A stretch of 64,000 bases of DNA from Peptococcaceae bacterium UBA5752 (lineage in GTDB: Bacteria > Bacillota > Dehalobacteriia > UBA4068). The DNA lies in NCBI GenBank assembly GCA_002419055.1, contig DIFI01000021.1:24102-88101 (forward strand), read 5' to 3'. This document shows positions 9,705 to 19,384 of this stretch, piece by piece; within the stretch, counting starts at the first letter, position 1; every line of letters starts with the position of its first letter. Both the position numbers and the translations under genes were made by a program. A model generated the notes under the pieces. The model saw nothing but the letters and a program-made list of their open reading frames with translations. It was not told the DNA's origin and searched no databases.

Positions 9705-11402
9705 ATGCGAGTGAGTGATAAACTAAAAATCTTCGTTTTACTGTCTGTAATCTTTTGTTTGATATTGCTGCCGACTGTATGCTTGGCCGCCGGCACCAAA
9801 GTGTCGGATGCCGTCAATAATATATTCGTCTATGCTGACGATGCCACCGGCGCTCAGGTTTTACTTAAAGTCATTCCATTATCTACCCTTAAGTCAATGT
9901 CACATGGTAGTGATGGTACAGCCAATACCGACTATTACGGTTCTTTTCTTGACGCCTATAAAACGCCGACTTACTTAGAAGGGCAGGGCGTTACCATACC
10001 TGAGCTGCTTACCTATGTCAAAAAGAACTCTTTGGTGGCAGATGTTGGTTCGCTGACTTATGCCGGATCGGATATACTATATTTTACTTGCTGCGACGGC
10101 GCTTCCGTTAATTTTACCTATGATGCGCTGTATGGTACTGAATTAAACCCGGTGAACCGCTATTATTATCCAGCCTTATATGATTACTGGGACAGTGAAA
10201 ACGTTGAAGTGCCGGATGCTGATGAGGCTACAGTTTTGGCAAGCGGCATTTCGGCACCGGTTTATCTTGCAACCGTATCCAAGGGCGGACGGGTATTTGC
10301 CAGCGCCGGCGGCACAAATATTTCCTCTTATGTTACAGCTAACGATGGCGTGGTCAGCGGTTGCCTGGCCGGTCAACTTACGGATGAAGATGCGCTGCGT
10401 TTAATCTTTCCGCAGACTGCCAGCGATATTCAAAGTAGTACCGATACATTAAGTTTTATCAAAAAATGGGTGTATAAGGTCCGGCTGAAAACAGCTGAGA
10501 CTTCACCGATTGCCTCGCTTGGTACGATCAGCAATCCCACATGTACCTATACCCTGGACGGCACCACACTCACTATCACCATGAGTTGTGAGGATGCAAA
10601 TGCTTCTCTCTATTATTCAACCATCGGTGGTTATACCGCCACGCCGGTAAACCTCTATACCGAGCCGATAACCGTGGAAAATTACGATACCAGCAAGCCA
10701 TTCACCATCAGCGTGATGGCGGTACGGGAAGGTTATGTGAACAGTACTGCTATATCCGCAAGCTCCGCCAATTATACCGATGGCGAGGGCGCGCCCAGTT
10801 TCACCTATGCTTTAACTTCATCCGATGCTACGCCCACGGTTGGCACCGCTTTTGATCTTTCGGTGACCCTTGCTGCCGATAAAGATTATACGCTTTACGG
10901 TGCCGAATACCGCGTTTCGGTACCGGCAGCTTATACAGTCAACAGCGTTACTCTCGGCACCGGCTGGCAATATGGTACAGCCACTTACGCTAATGAAGCG
11001 ACAATTGTCACATTTACCTATCTGAATACTACAGGGACTGCTGAAACCGCAACTACTGCCGTGCCGGTGGGGTCAATTAATTTGATTCCGGTTACGGCAG
11101 GTGATACTTCCGTTACGGTCAGTGAAGCGATTGTAACCAAAAGCGATGCTACCGCTTACACCAATATTACAGCCGCAGATTCAAGTTTCACGGTTGAGAG
11201 CAATATCACGCTCGGCGATGTGGATAGTGACAGTTATATCACTATGGGCGATGCCCTGCAAGTATGTAAGACTGTGGCTAAGGTAGTGACTCTAAACGAT
11301 GATCAGAAAAAAGCGGCTGATGTAGACAAAGACGGCTATATCACCATGAGCGACGCACTACTCATCTGCAAATATGTAGCCAAAGTTATCAGCGAATTTT
11401 AG
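9705..11402 (+). CDS. Secreted adaptor-like protein: RYYYP-type domain, Fn3/CHB_HEX_C-like, cohesin-like domain, C-terminal dockerin
   Basis: RBS GGAAGGGGGA and a signal peptide. NRYYYPALYD. Cohesin-like FDLSVTLAADKDYTLYGAEYRVSVPAAY...VTFTYLNTTGTAE. Dockerin-like DVDSDSYITMGDALQVCK and DVDKDGYITMSDALLICK. Confidence 0.8.
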   Translation: MRVSDKLKIFVLLSVIFCLILLPTVCLAAGTKVSDAVNNIFVYADDATGAQVLLKVIPLSTLKSMSHGSDGTANTDYYGSFLDAYKTPTYLEGQGVTIPELLTYVKKNSLVADVGSLTYAGSDILYFTCCDGASVNFTYDALYGTELNPVNRYYYPALYDYWDSENVEVPDADEATVLASGISAPVYLATVSKGGRVFASAGGTNISSYVTANDGVVSGCLAGQLTDEDALRLIFPQTASDIQSSTDTLSFIKKWVYKVRLKTAETSPIASLGTISNPTCTYTLDGTTLTITMSCEDANASLYYSTIGGYTATPVNLYTEPITVENYDTSKPFTISVMAVREGYVNSTAISASSANYTDGEGAPSFTYALTSSDATPTVGTAFDLSVTLAADKDYTLYGAEYRVSVPAAYTVNSVTLGTGWQYGTATYANEATIVTFTYLNTTGTAETATTAVPVGSINLIPVTAGDTSVTVSEAIVTKSDATAYTNITAADSSFTVESNITLGDVDSDSYITMGDALQVCKTVAKVVTLNDDQKKAADVDKDGYITMSDALLICKYVAKVISEF

Positions 11403-11463
11403 CTTAGTTGATTATACTCTGCCTTAATATAGATCAAAAAAAAAATTTAAGGAGTGATAGAAA

Positions 11464-14400
11464 GTGTTACAAAAGTTGAAGAAAAAGAACCTGACGGTGT
11501 TAGTAATCTTCATAATGGTTCTAGCCCTTTGCGTTGCTTTACCGATTCTGGCGACAGCGGAAGGCACTGCGACCGTTACAGTGGGCAGTACGACTACAGC
11601 AGCAGCTCCCGGAGATAGTATAACCATCCCCGTTGTCATTACCAGTAACCCCGGTATTACTGCATATGGATTTGCGATTTCGTATGATAGCTCAAATTTG
11701 ACATTGGATAGTATTTCGAAAACGGATAATGATTCGAATACGACCGATCTTTGCACTTCCGGTAGTTTTACCCCCAATACAGCATCTGCAGGCACTGGCT
11801 ATGTTAGCTGGCTGGATGGCGGTGCGGATATTACCGGCACCGGAAATTTGTTCTATTTAACTTTCACCGTCAAGAATACTGCGATGGGTGGCAATTATGC
11901 TGTTTCCTGCACTTTAACCGACGGTAGTGCTGCTAACTGCAAAAACTATGCCGGGTCAAATGTTGGCGTATCCTTCACTGACGGCATTATTGAGGTAGTA
12001 GCACCCGACACAACCGCTCCGACAATGACGAGCGTTGCTCCTGGCGAGGGCTTAGTAGCGCTGGGCGCTAGCGATAACCTCGTGCTTACCGTAACGGCAG
12101 ATGACGACGCGGCGCTTTCCGAGCTGGAGATCGACCACAGCATGGAGGGCACGCTGCCGGAATTCAGCGTCTACGCCGACATTGCGAACCCCTACGGCAC
12201 GGCAGATGATAAAGCTCAGTTTGAATCTGCCGGTGTTTCCGTAACCTACGCTGATGGCGTTTGGACGATTGATTTTGGCAGCACGATAACGAATACTATA
12301 GTGAATAACGGCGGCATCACCTTTTACATGGTGCTCAAGGATACGTCCGGCAACAGCTGGGGCAGCATGAGCCCGACTACTGCCGAGAATACCTATGCCT
12401 ATACCATAGCGCGGGACACAACCGCTCCGACTATGACAAGCGTTGAACCGGCTGAAGGCGCGGTGGAGCTGGACGCCAGCGAGGACTTTGTACTGACCGT
12501 GACGGCGCATGACGATATTGAGCTGTATGAGCTTGAGATCGACCACAGCATGTCAAGCACATTGCCGGAATTCAGCGTCTACGCCAACAGCGAAAACCCC
12601 TATGGCACAGCTGAGGATAAAGCTGAATTTGAAGCCGCCGGTGTTTCCGTGACCTACGGCGGCGGCGTCTGGACGATCGATTTTGGCGATACAGCAACGG
12701 ATGCTTTCGTGGCAAACGGCGGCATAACCTTATACATAGTAGTCAAGGATATGGCCGGCAACAGCTGGGGCAGCATGAGCCCGACTACTGTCGAGAATAC
12801 ATATGCATACACGATTACCCGCAAATACATTGCGGCGGCTAATTTCACTGACGGAGTCTATGCAATTACATCGGGCGGCGAATATAAGCTCGCTACTGAT
12901 GCGGCAGGGACGATTCAGATCAGCACCACCGATCCGGTGACTATTAGCGGCAATGGCACGACCGGCACCGCTAACAGTGGCCTTAGCATTGATAATACCG
13001 TAGCTGGTGCGGACCTGACCATAGAAGACCTCTATATCACCGGCGCAGTTACCGGTTCCGGTATGGTTGAATTTACCGGCAAAGACAATAAACTGTCGCT
13101 TTCCGGTGTCAGCACCCTTCAACGTATCGGAGGATCAGTTTGGGGCAATGCACTGATCCATGTGCCTGCGACTGCTGATCTGACCATTGACGGCGACGGT
13201 ACAGTCTATCTGGCCCAAGATGGCGACGGTGCTGCCATCGGCGGCAATCCTTCCGAGATCAACGGTAATATCACTATTAACGGAGGCGAAATCTTCTGCC
13301 GCAGTAATAAAACAGGCTCCAGCATCGGCGGCGGCCAGAGCGCTAACGGTGGTAATATTACCATCAACGGCGGTGAACTCAATATATTCCACAACGCGCG
13401 CGGCGCCATTTTGGGCGGCGGCGGCTATAGTGGCAGTTTAGTAGGCAACGGCGGTACTGTAACCATGACCGGCGGCAATGTCTCCCTGTTTGTAAATTTC
13501 ACAGGCGCGGCCATTGGCGGCGGCGGCGGGAGCAATTCTGCTCTGGAGCAGGACGGAGGAGACCTTTATATCACCGGCGGCTCGCTCAAAACCTATATCA
13601 ACAGCAATGCACTCAGTTTCTGGGGACTCACAACCGAAGGCGTCACGCCTGTTATCATCACCGCGGATAAATCAACCGGCGTGGGCGGAAATGCAGTCCA
13701 TCTGCTTACTATGGATGTGAGCGGTGTTACGGCCAATGACACCGGCGCCGCTTATGTGGCTTATCTGGATAATGAAACCACCGATCCCATTTATTCCGGT
13801 GGGTTGCACAGCTATGCTTATACCGGTACCAGCACCAACGCTATGACATATTGGCAGAAGTCTACCACGGATAACAACCTCTACCTCTATGTCACCGGTG
13901 AGAATCATACTGTCACCGTTAATGATCAAAAATTCAATGTCACTTGGGATTCCGGCACTTCCGGCTTCAGTGTTGCGGCGGCTCCTAAAATCTGGGATGG
14001 CACTGCGAATACAGGTTGGTATAATACCACTGATACGGAATTCCATCTCACCATGGGTAACCAACTGGCCGGACTTGCGCAGATCGTCAACGGTACGGCA
14101 ACCGGCATCACTCAAGACAGTTTCAGCGGCAAGACCGTCAATATTGATAACGATATCTATCTTAACGACGGTACAACCAGTAATAATTGGACGCCTATCG
14201 GTGATATTACACACCATTTTGACGGTGTGTTTAACGGCGGCGGCTACAATATATACGGTATGAAAATTATTGCAACAAAGGGCTATGCCGGTTTATTCGG
14301 CAACGTATCCGGTACAGTTAAGAACTTTAAACTTTACGGATCTGTTACTATTAATTCGGCGATTGACGGCGATATTGCAAAAGGTAGTAAAACTAATACC

Positions 14401-17400
14401 GATAACGACTTTGTCGGTGCGGCAGTTGGTAAACTCAATGCGGGCGGTACGATCAGTAACGTCATCAACTATGCTCCCATTGAAGCCAAGGAATGCATGA
14501 ACGTCGGCGGTATCGTCGGTTTTGTCGGCACGCCCGTCACGTATGGGACGAAATCAGACGCTTATGCCGAATATAACTCCAACCCCTCCGGCAGTAACAC
14601 CTATGTGCTCAACTGCGGCAATAACGCCACTGTACATGGTTTTTACAAGCTGGGCGGTATCGCCGGTGAAAGCGCGGGTATTGTTATGTACTGCTACAAT
14701 ACCGGCTACATCCTCCCGCACATGCACGGTTCCGGCGGCGGCTGGGGCGGCATTGTCGGACGCAACGGCAACAACAACACAGCGACCGAGGTCGGCACCA
14801 TTGCCTATTGCTGGAACAGCGGTACAGTTACCGACAACGGCATGAACGATGACCACAACGAGACGATCAAGTGGTATGGCGGTATCACTGCCTTTTGCAA
14901 CAGTAAGTCTTCTGTACACAACTGTTACAACATCGGCGCAATTCCTGCCGGACGCAACACTTTTTCGTCCATCATTGGTAACTGCGAAAGCACTATGGTT
15001 TACAACAACTGTTCGCTGATTTCCACCAGCATCAATAGCGACAGCACATATGAGAAAAACTTGGGCATACAGTTTGAGGAATCTGATTTCAAGAGCGCTG
15101 CCAATACGGATACCTCTATATTGACTGTGCTGGGCCCTGTTTTTGTCGCTGATACCGGAAATATTAACAACGGATATCCTGTCCTGCGCTGGCAGGCGGG
15201 CAGCAGCGCCGAACCGACGCTAACCTCTGTTTCGTTATTCTCGGTGCCGACAAAAATCGCTTATTATGAGCTGGAGACCTTTAATCCTGCAGGTATGAAG
15301 CTTAAAGCAACATACAGTGACGGAACTTATGCAATATTATCGGGCGGCTTCACTTATCCCACCGATCCGTTGTCTGACAGCACTAACAGCGTTACCGTTA
15401 GCTATGGCGGTTTTGATATTACTCAAGCCATCACGGTCTACAATCTCGATTCTATCGCTGTTACCACACAGCCTACCAAAACGGTTTACAATGCCACCGA
15501 TTTATTTAACAGATCCGGTATGGTAGTTACCGTTTACTACAGCGATAATACTTCGAAGGTGATTTATTCATATACTTATCCTACAACTCCTTTAACTGAT
15601 GACATGACCAGCGTTACTATCGGCTATGGCGACAAGACCACTACCCAGCCGATCACGGTCAATGCTTTAGGCTTGACCGTGATCGCGGTAACAACTGTGC
15701 CGACCAAGACTTTCTATCTCCCCGACGAATCATTTGATAATACCGGTATGGTAGTTAATGCAACATATAACAGTGCAGTGGTACAGCCTTTGGCTGCGGA
15801 AGACTACGTCGTCACTCCCGCCTCACTGACCATTGGTACAACTGCGGTCACCATCAGCTTTACCTATCTTGGCGTAACTCAGACCGCGTCTACTCCGGTG
15901 ACAGTGATATCTGCAACACCTGCCTTGGTTGACGGGTATTATCAGATAGTGAGCGCAGATGATCTTCGCTGGTTCGCCGATTATGTGAGCGTCCAGGGCA
16001 ATACAACTGCCTGCGCCAAGTTGGTCAATGATATTACCCTCACCTCTGATTGGACGCAGCCGATCGGTAACAGTACCAATAAGTTTGCCGGTACTTTTGA
16101 CGGTAACGGCAAGACGATCAGCGGCCTAGATAATGCTGCGGTGACCACACAGAATTTTGGTCTTATTGGCTATGGCTTAGGGGCTACTGTCAAAGACCTT
16201 ACAGTCGGCGGCGAAATCAGCACGACCGCCTCTAATACCGGTTTGGTTGCCGGTTGGGCCGACGGTTGCACTTTTACCAATATCACAGCCAACGGTTCGC
16301 TGACCAGAGCCAGCGGTACCCTAAACAATACTGCCGGTATCACAGGTTACGCCTGCAATGCCAGCGTATTAACTAACTGCGTGAACAATGCCGCTATTAC
16401 CTCCGGCGGTCAGTATACAGGCGGTATCGCCGGCAGCGCAGACGGCGCGACCAGCTTCTCCGGCTGTATCAATAACGGTGTGATCAATACTACCCATCGG
16501 TATATAGGTGGCATCGTCGGTTCGTTCGGCGGTACGGGCAACATCACATCCTGTATCAATAAAGGTGCAGTTACTGCCACCTATAACGTTGGTGGTATCG
16601 CCGGTAGATATAACTCAACCGGCAGCATGGAGAATTGCTATAACAGCGGTGCCATCGTCGCTACCTTATCATCAACATCTACTGCTTACGCTGCAGGCGG
16701 CGTGATCGGTTATTTCGGCGGCGCCGGTACTATAGACACCTGCTACAACAGCGGTGATGTCACCGGCGCTATCGGTAATGTCGGCGGTGTGGTCGGCTGT
16801 ATGTATGCGGCCAATAGCATACTGACCAACAGTTATAATACCGGCGACGTCTGTTACACCGGCAATGCCACTACTCCTTGCGTGGGCGGCGTTGTTGGCG
16901 CGACCAATGATGTTAGCTGCACGATCCAGAACTGTTACAACCGCGGCGCGGTAACCTTTGCTACAACCAAACCTTTGATCGGCTCCGTCGTCGGTACACC
17001 CAAGATCGGATATACCGCCATCAGCAATAACTATTATCTCAACACCACTTCTGCTGATGCGACATCTACAGCCAAAACTGCCGCTGAACTGAAGAATCTT
17101 GCTGCCACTTTGGGCGCAAGCTACAAGGCAGGCGGCATTTCACCTATCTTCACCTGGCAGCCGGATGAAGTATTTACCTCCGCAGCACCGGTAGTGAACG
17201 TAGATACTGTTACCGCCGATGTTCCGGATACGATCGTCATTGGCGCTAATGCCAATGTGGAAATCAACGCTTCGGCGGTGACTGTGGAAGATATCAACAC
17301 ATCAAATGTTTCAATTCCCGCAGCTTTGGTTGAGAATCTGGACAATGCCCAATCAGTCACCATTGTGACCAACATGGGTAATATCACATTTGACAACGCT

Positions 17401-19356
17401 GCTCTTGCTGATATTGTGGATAACGCTACCACGTCCCTGACCTTAGGCCTCGATCGAACCAGCGATGCGGACGGTGTTACGGTATATGAGCTGACGCTCA
17501 AAGACAGCGGCGGCAATAATGTCTTTACCGAAGGCTCCGCTACAGTCACATTGCCTTATACCCTGGCCGAAGCAAAAAGCCCTGATAGCGTCAAGGTTTT
17601 CTATGTGGCGAGCAACGGTACCAAGACAGAAGTGACCAATTGTACCTATGCCAACGGTTACGTCACTTTCACAGTTGAGCACTTCTCCACATACAGCATC
17701 GAGGCAGACAGCACCACAATCTCCGCAATTACCGCTGCCACTAATGCCAACGCCGGTGAAACCTTTACCGTCGATGTCAAGGTCAGCGGCGATGCAGCTC
17801 AGCAGTTTGCTTCCATGTCCGCCAATCTCAATTATGATAAGACCAAAGTAGCATTTGTAAGCTTTGCTGCGGGGGCCGGTACAACTGAAGCCAGCGCCTA
17901 TGATAATACAACTACCGCCAAGGTAAATATCCTCGAAAGCGGTGCGGATAAGACCATCGGCGCCGACGGCTTTGTGATCGGCACAATCACTTTCCGTGCC
18001 TTGACTGCCATCAGTACCGGCAATAGTGTTGCAGCTTTCTCTATCAGTGACGGTATGGTTGGTGATTCCGGTACACCGACTCCTGCGGTAAGCGCTTTGA
18101 GCGGTGCCAATATTTCCGTCAATTTGCATAATCTGGCGGTTATCTTCCAACAAGGCACGGGCAACACGCTGGCCGCTTCTACCGCATATGCCAAGTACAA
18201 TGCGGCGGGTCTCTTCGCCAGCAATGCCTATACCGATACTTTCACTATTCCTACTCCGGCAGCCTCTGATGGCTACCGCCTGGCGGATATCCTCTGGAAT
18301 AACGGTACCAACAATTACACTTCCGAACAGGTTGCGGCATTGGCTATAACCGCCAATGCGACCATGACTGCGCAATCAGTCAAAACCTACGCTGTAAGTT
18401 TCTATAATAGCGACGCCGCCCAGATAGGCAGCACCCAGAATATAGATACCGGCCTGACTGCCACTGCTCCGGCTGATCCTACTGCCCCGGCGGGCACTGC
18501 TTTTGTCGGTTGGTTTATAGCAGCCTCCAGCGACGCCACCTATGACGGCATTGCCACTCTCTACAGTAAAGCCCAGATTGACTTAGCTGCGGTGACTGCC
18601 GATACCATTTACAAAGCCTATTATTCAGATAATGAGTATGCGATCACCGTTCCTGTCGATGTGACCGTCGTCAGCGGCGTTACCGACAGTAAAGCCAAGC
18701 ACAACACTGACGTAGTCTTCACTGTCAGCACCACCACTGTGGATCAAGGTTATACCATCACTGTTTCCTATAAGGTAGGTACGGCTGATGCAGTAATCAT
18801 CACGAAGGATGCAGAGAACAAGTACACCATCCCCGGCTCTGCTATAACTGATGCGACAGTGATCACAGTCCAGAAAACGATCAACGGCACAATCAGCTAT
18901 ATCAACTATGACAATTACAAAGGCGCACCGGCCAATTATAAAGTGGCTCTGCTGACACTTAGCGACAGCGCTCCTGCGGATAGCAAATACCAGTATGACG
19001 GACAGGATATGTTTTTGGCTCAACCGGTCAATACTACTGCCGCATATGGTACCGGCGCCTACGTATTCTTCGTCGCCTCTGATGAGGATGCGGTGACTAC
19101 GTTATCCAAGATTGCGATTGTCAGCGGCACACAGCTGACTGTCGACTATGACGGAAACGTCAACGGTCTGAGTGAGGTAGAAATCAATGACGCGCAGTTG
19201 GTCTATGATTTGTATAATAATAACACCAATTATTCGTCCGACTTCAATCTCGCCACGATGCTGATGCGCTTTGAAGCCGATGTCAACGGCGACGGCACAA
19301 TCGGCGTCAACGACATCAGAATGATCTACAGCACTATCCGCGGTATCACTGAGTAA
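11464..19356 (+). CDS. Giant 2630-aa secreted multidomain protein: cohesin-like, 2x137-aa tandem repeats, Gly-rich beta-helix, 2 GLUG modules, Ig-like repeats, second cohesin-like, dockerin
   Basis: GTG start 9 nt after AAGGAG. Signal peptide. N-terminal cohesin-like GDSITIPVVITSNPGITAYGFAISYDSSNLTLDSI...NLFYLTFTVKNTA. Repeated GG[IV][AV]G...C[YI]N.GA[IV] GLUG periodicity. C-terminal DYDGNVNGLSEVEINDAQL / DVNGDGTIGVNDIRMI dockerin. A single uninterrupted ORF. Confidence 0.85.
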   Translation: MLQKLKKKNLTVLVIFIMVLALCVALPILATAEGTATVTVGSTTTAAAPGDSITIPVVITSNPGITAYGFAISYDSSNLTLDSISKTDNDSNTTDLCTSGSFTPNTASAGTGYVSWLDGGADITGTGNLFYLTFTVKNTAMGGNYAVSCTLTDGSAANCKNYAGSNVGVSFTDGIIEVVAPDTTAPTMTSVAPGEGLVALGASDNLVLTVTADDDAALSELEIDHSMEGTLPEFSVYADIANPYGTADDKAQFESAGVSVTYADGVWTIDFGSTITNTIVNNGGITFYMVLKDTSGNSWGSMSPTTAENTYAYTIARDTTAPTMTSVEPAEGAVELDASEDFVLTVTAHDDIELYELEIDHSMSSTLPEFSVYANSENPYGTAEDKAEFEAAGVSVTYGGGVWTIDFGDTATDAFVANGGITLYIVVKDMAGNSWGSMSPTTVENTYAYTITRKYIAAANFTDGVYAITSGGEYKLATDAAGTIQISTTDPVTISGNGTTGTANSGLSIDNTVAGADLTIEDLYITGAVTGSGMVEFTGKDNKLSLSGVSTLQRIGGSVWGNALIHVPATADLTIDGDGTVYLAQDGDGAAIGGNPSEINGNITINGGEIFCRSNKTGSSIGGGQSANGGNITINGGELNIFHNARGAILGGGGYSGSLVGNGGTVTMTGGNVSLFVNFTGAAIGGGGGSNSALEQDGGDLYITGGSLKTYINSNALSFWGLTTEGVTPVIITADKSTGVGGNAVHLLTMDVSGVTANDTGAAYVAYLDNETTDPIYSGGLHSYAYTGTSTNAMTYWQKSTTDNNLYLYVTGENHTVTVNDQKFNVTWDSGTSGFSVAAAPKIWDGTANTGWYNTTDTEFHLTMGNQLAGLAQIVNGTATGITQDSFSGKTVNIDNDIYLNDGTTSNNWTPIGDITHHFDGVFNGGGYNIYGMKIIATKGYAGLFGNVSGTVKNFKLYGSVTINSAIDGDIAKGSKTNTDNDFVGAAVGKLNAGGTISNVINYAPIEAKECMNVGGIVGFVGTPVTYGTKSDAYAEYNSNPSGSNTYVLNCGNNATVHGFYKLGGIAGESAGIVMYCYNTGYILPHMHGSGGGWGGIVGRNGNNNTATEVGTIAYCWNSGTVTDNGMNDDHNETIKWYGGITAFCNSKSSVHNCYNIGAIPAGRNTFSSIIGNCESTMVYNNCSLISTSINSDSTYEKNLGIQFEESDFKSAANTDTSILTVLGPVFVADTGNINNGYPVLRWQAGSSAEPTLTSVSLFSVPTKIAYYELETFNPAGMKLKATYSDGTYAILSGGFTYPTDPLSDSTNSVTVSYGGFDITQAITVYNLDSIAVTTQPTKTVYNATDLFNRSGMVVTVYYSDNTSKVIYSYTYPTTPLTDDMTSVTIGYGDKTTTQPITVNALGLTVIAVTTVPTKTFYLPDESFDNTGMVVNATYNSAVVQPLAAEDYVVTPASLTIGTTAVTISFTYLGVTQTASTPVTVISATPALVDGYYQIVSADDLRWFADYVSVQGNTTACAKLVNDITLTSDWTQPIGNSTNKFAGTFDGNGKTISGLDNAAVTTQNFGLIGYGLGATVKDLTVGGEISTTASNTGLVAGWADGCTFTNITANGSLTRASGTLNNTAGITGYACNASVLTNCVNNAAITSGGQYTGGIAGSADGATSFSGCINNGVINTTHRYIGGIVGSFGGTGNITSCINKGAVTATYNVGGIAGRYNSTGSMENCYNSGAIVATLSSTSTAYAAGGVIGYFGGAGTIDTCYNSGDVTGAIGNVGGVVGCMYAANSILTNSYNTGDVCYTGNATTPCVGGVVGATNDVSCTIQNCYNRGAVTFATTKPLIGSVVGTPKIGYTAISNNYYLNTTSADATSTAKTAAELKNLAATLGASYKAGGISPIFTWQPDEVFTSAAPVVNVDTVTADVPDTIVIGANANVEINASAVTVEDINTSNVSIPAALVENLDNAQSVTIVTNMGNITFDNAALADIVDNATTSLTLGLDRTSDADGVTVYELTLKDSGGNNVFTEGSATVTLPYTLAEAKSPDSVKVFYVASNGTKTEVTNCTYANGYVTFTVEHFSTYSIEADSTTISAITAATNANAGETFTVDVKVSGDAAQQFASMSANLNYDKTKVAFVSFAAGAGTTEASAYDNTTTAKVNILESGADKTIGADGFVIGTITFRALTAISTGNSVAAFSISDGMVGDSGTPTPAVSALSGANISVNLHNLAVIFQQGTGNTLAASTAYAKYNAAGLFASNAYTDTFTIPTPAASDGYRLADILWNNGTNNYTSEQVAALAITANATMTAQSVKTYAVSFYNSDAAQIGSTQNIDTGLTATAPADPTAPAGTAFVGWFIAASSDATYDGIATLYSKAQIDLAAVTADTIYKAYYSDNEYAITVPVDVTVVSGVTDSKAKHNTDVVFTVSTTTVDQGYTITVSYKVGTADAVIITKDAENKYTIPGSAITDATVITVQKTINGTISYINYDNYKGAPANYKVALLTLSDSAPADSKYQYDGQDMFLAQPVNTTAAYGTGAYVFFVASDEDAVTTLSKIAIVSGTQLTVDYDGNVNGLSEVEINDAQLVYDLYNNNTNYSSDFNLATMLMRFEADVNGDGTIGVNDIRMIYSTIRGITE
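12004..12825 (+). repeat. Two tandem ~411-nt (137-aa) near-identical coding repeats inside the giant gene
   Basis: PDTTAPTMTSVAPGEG...NTYAYTIA and RDTTAPTMTSVEPAEG...NTYAYTIT. High amino-acid identity; the nt-level similarity is visible by eye. Confidence 0.7.
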
Positions 19357-19384
19357 ATGCAGTAAGTAAGTTAGGAGAATACAA

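Noticed and set aside
12052-18375. Multiple long minus-strand ORFs (12052..12546, 12730..13122, 13672..14217, 14554..14919, 17121..17549, 17443..18375) inside the giant gene
   Set aside because: They lie antisense to a continuous 7.9-kb ORF with clear domain content. They arise from Gly/Ala/Thr-rich codon bias and the tandem repeats, and no RBS or motifs are visible.
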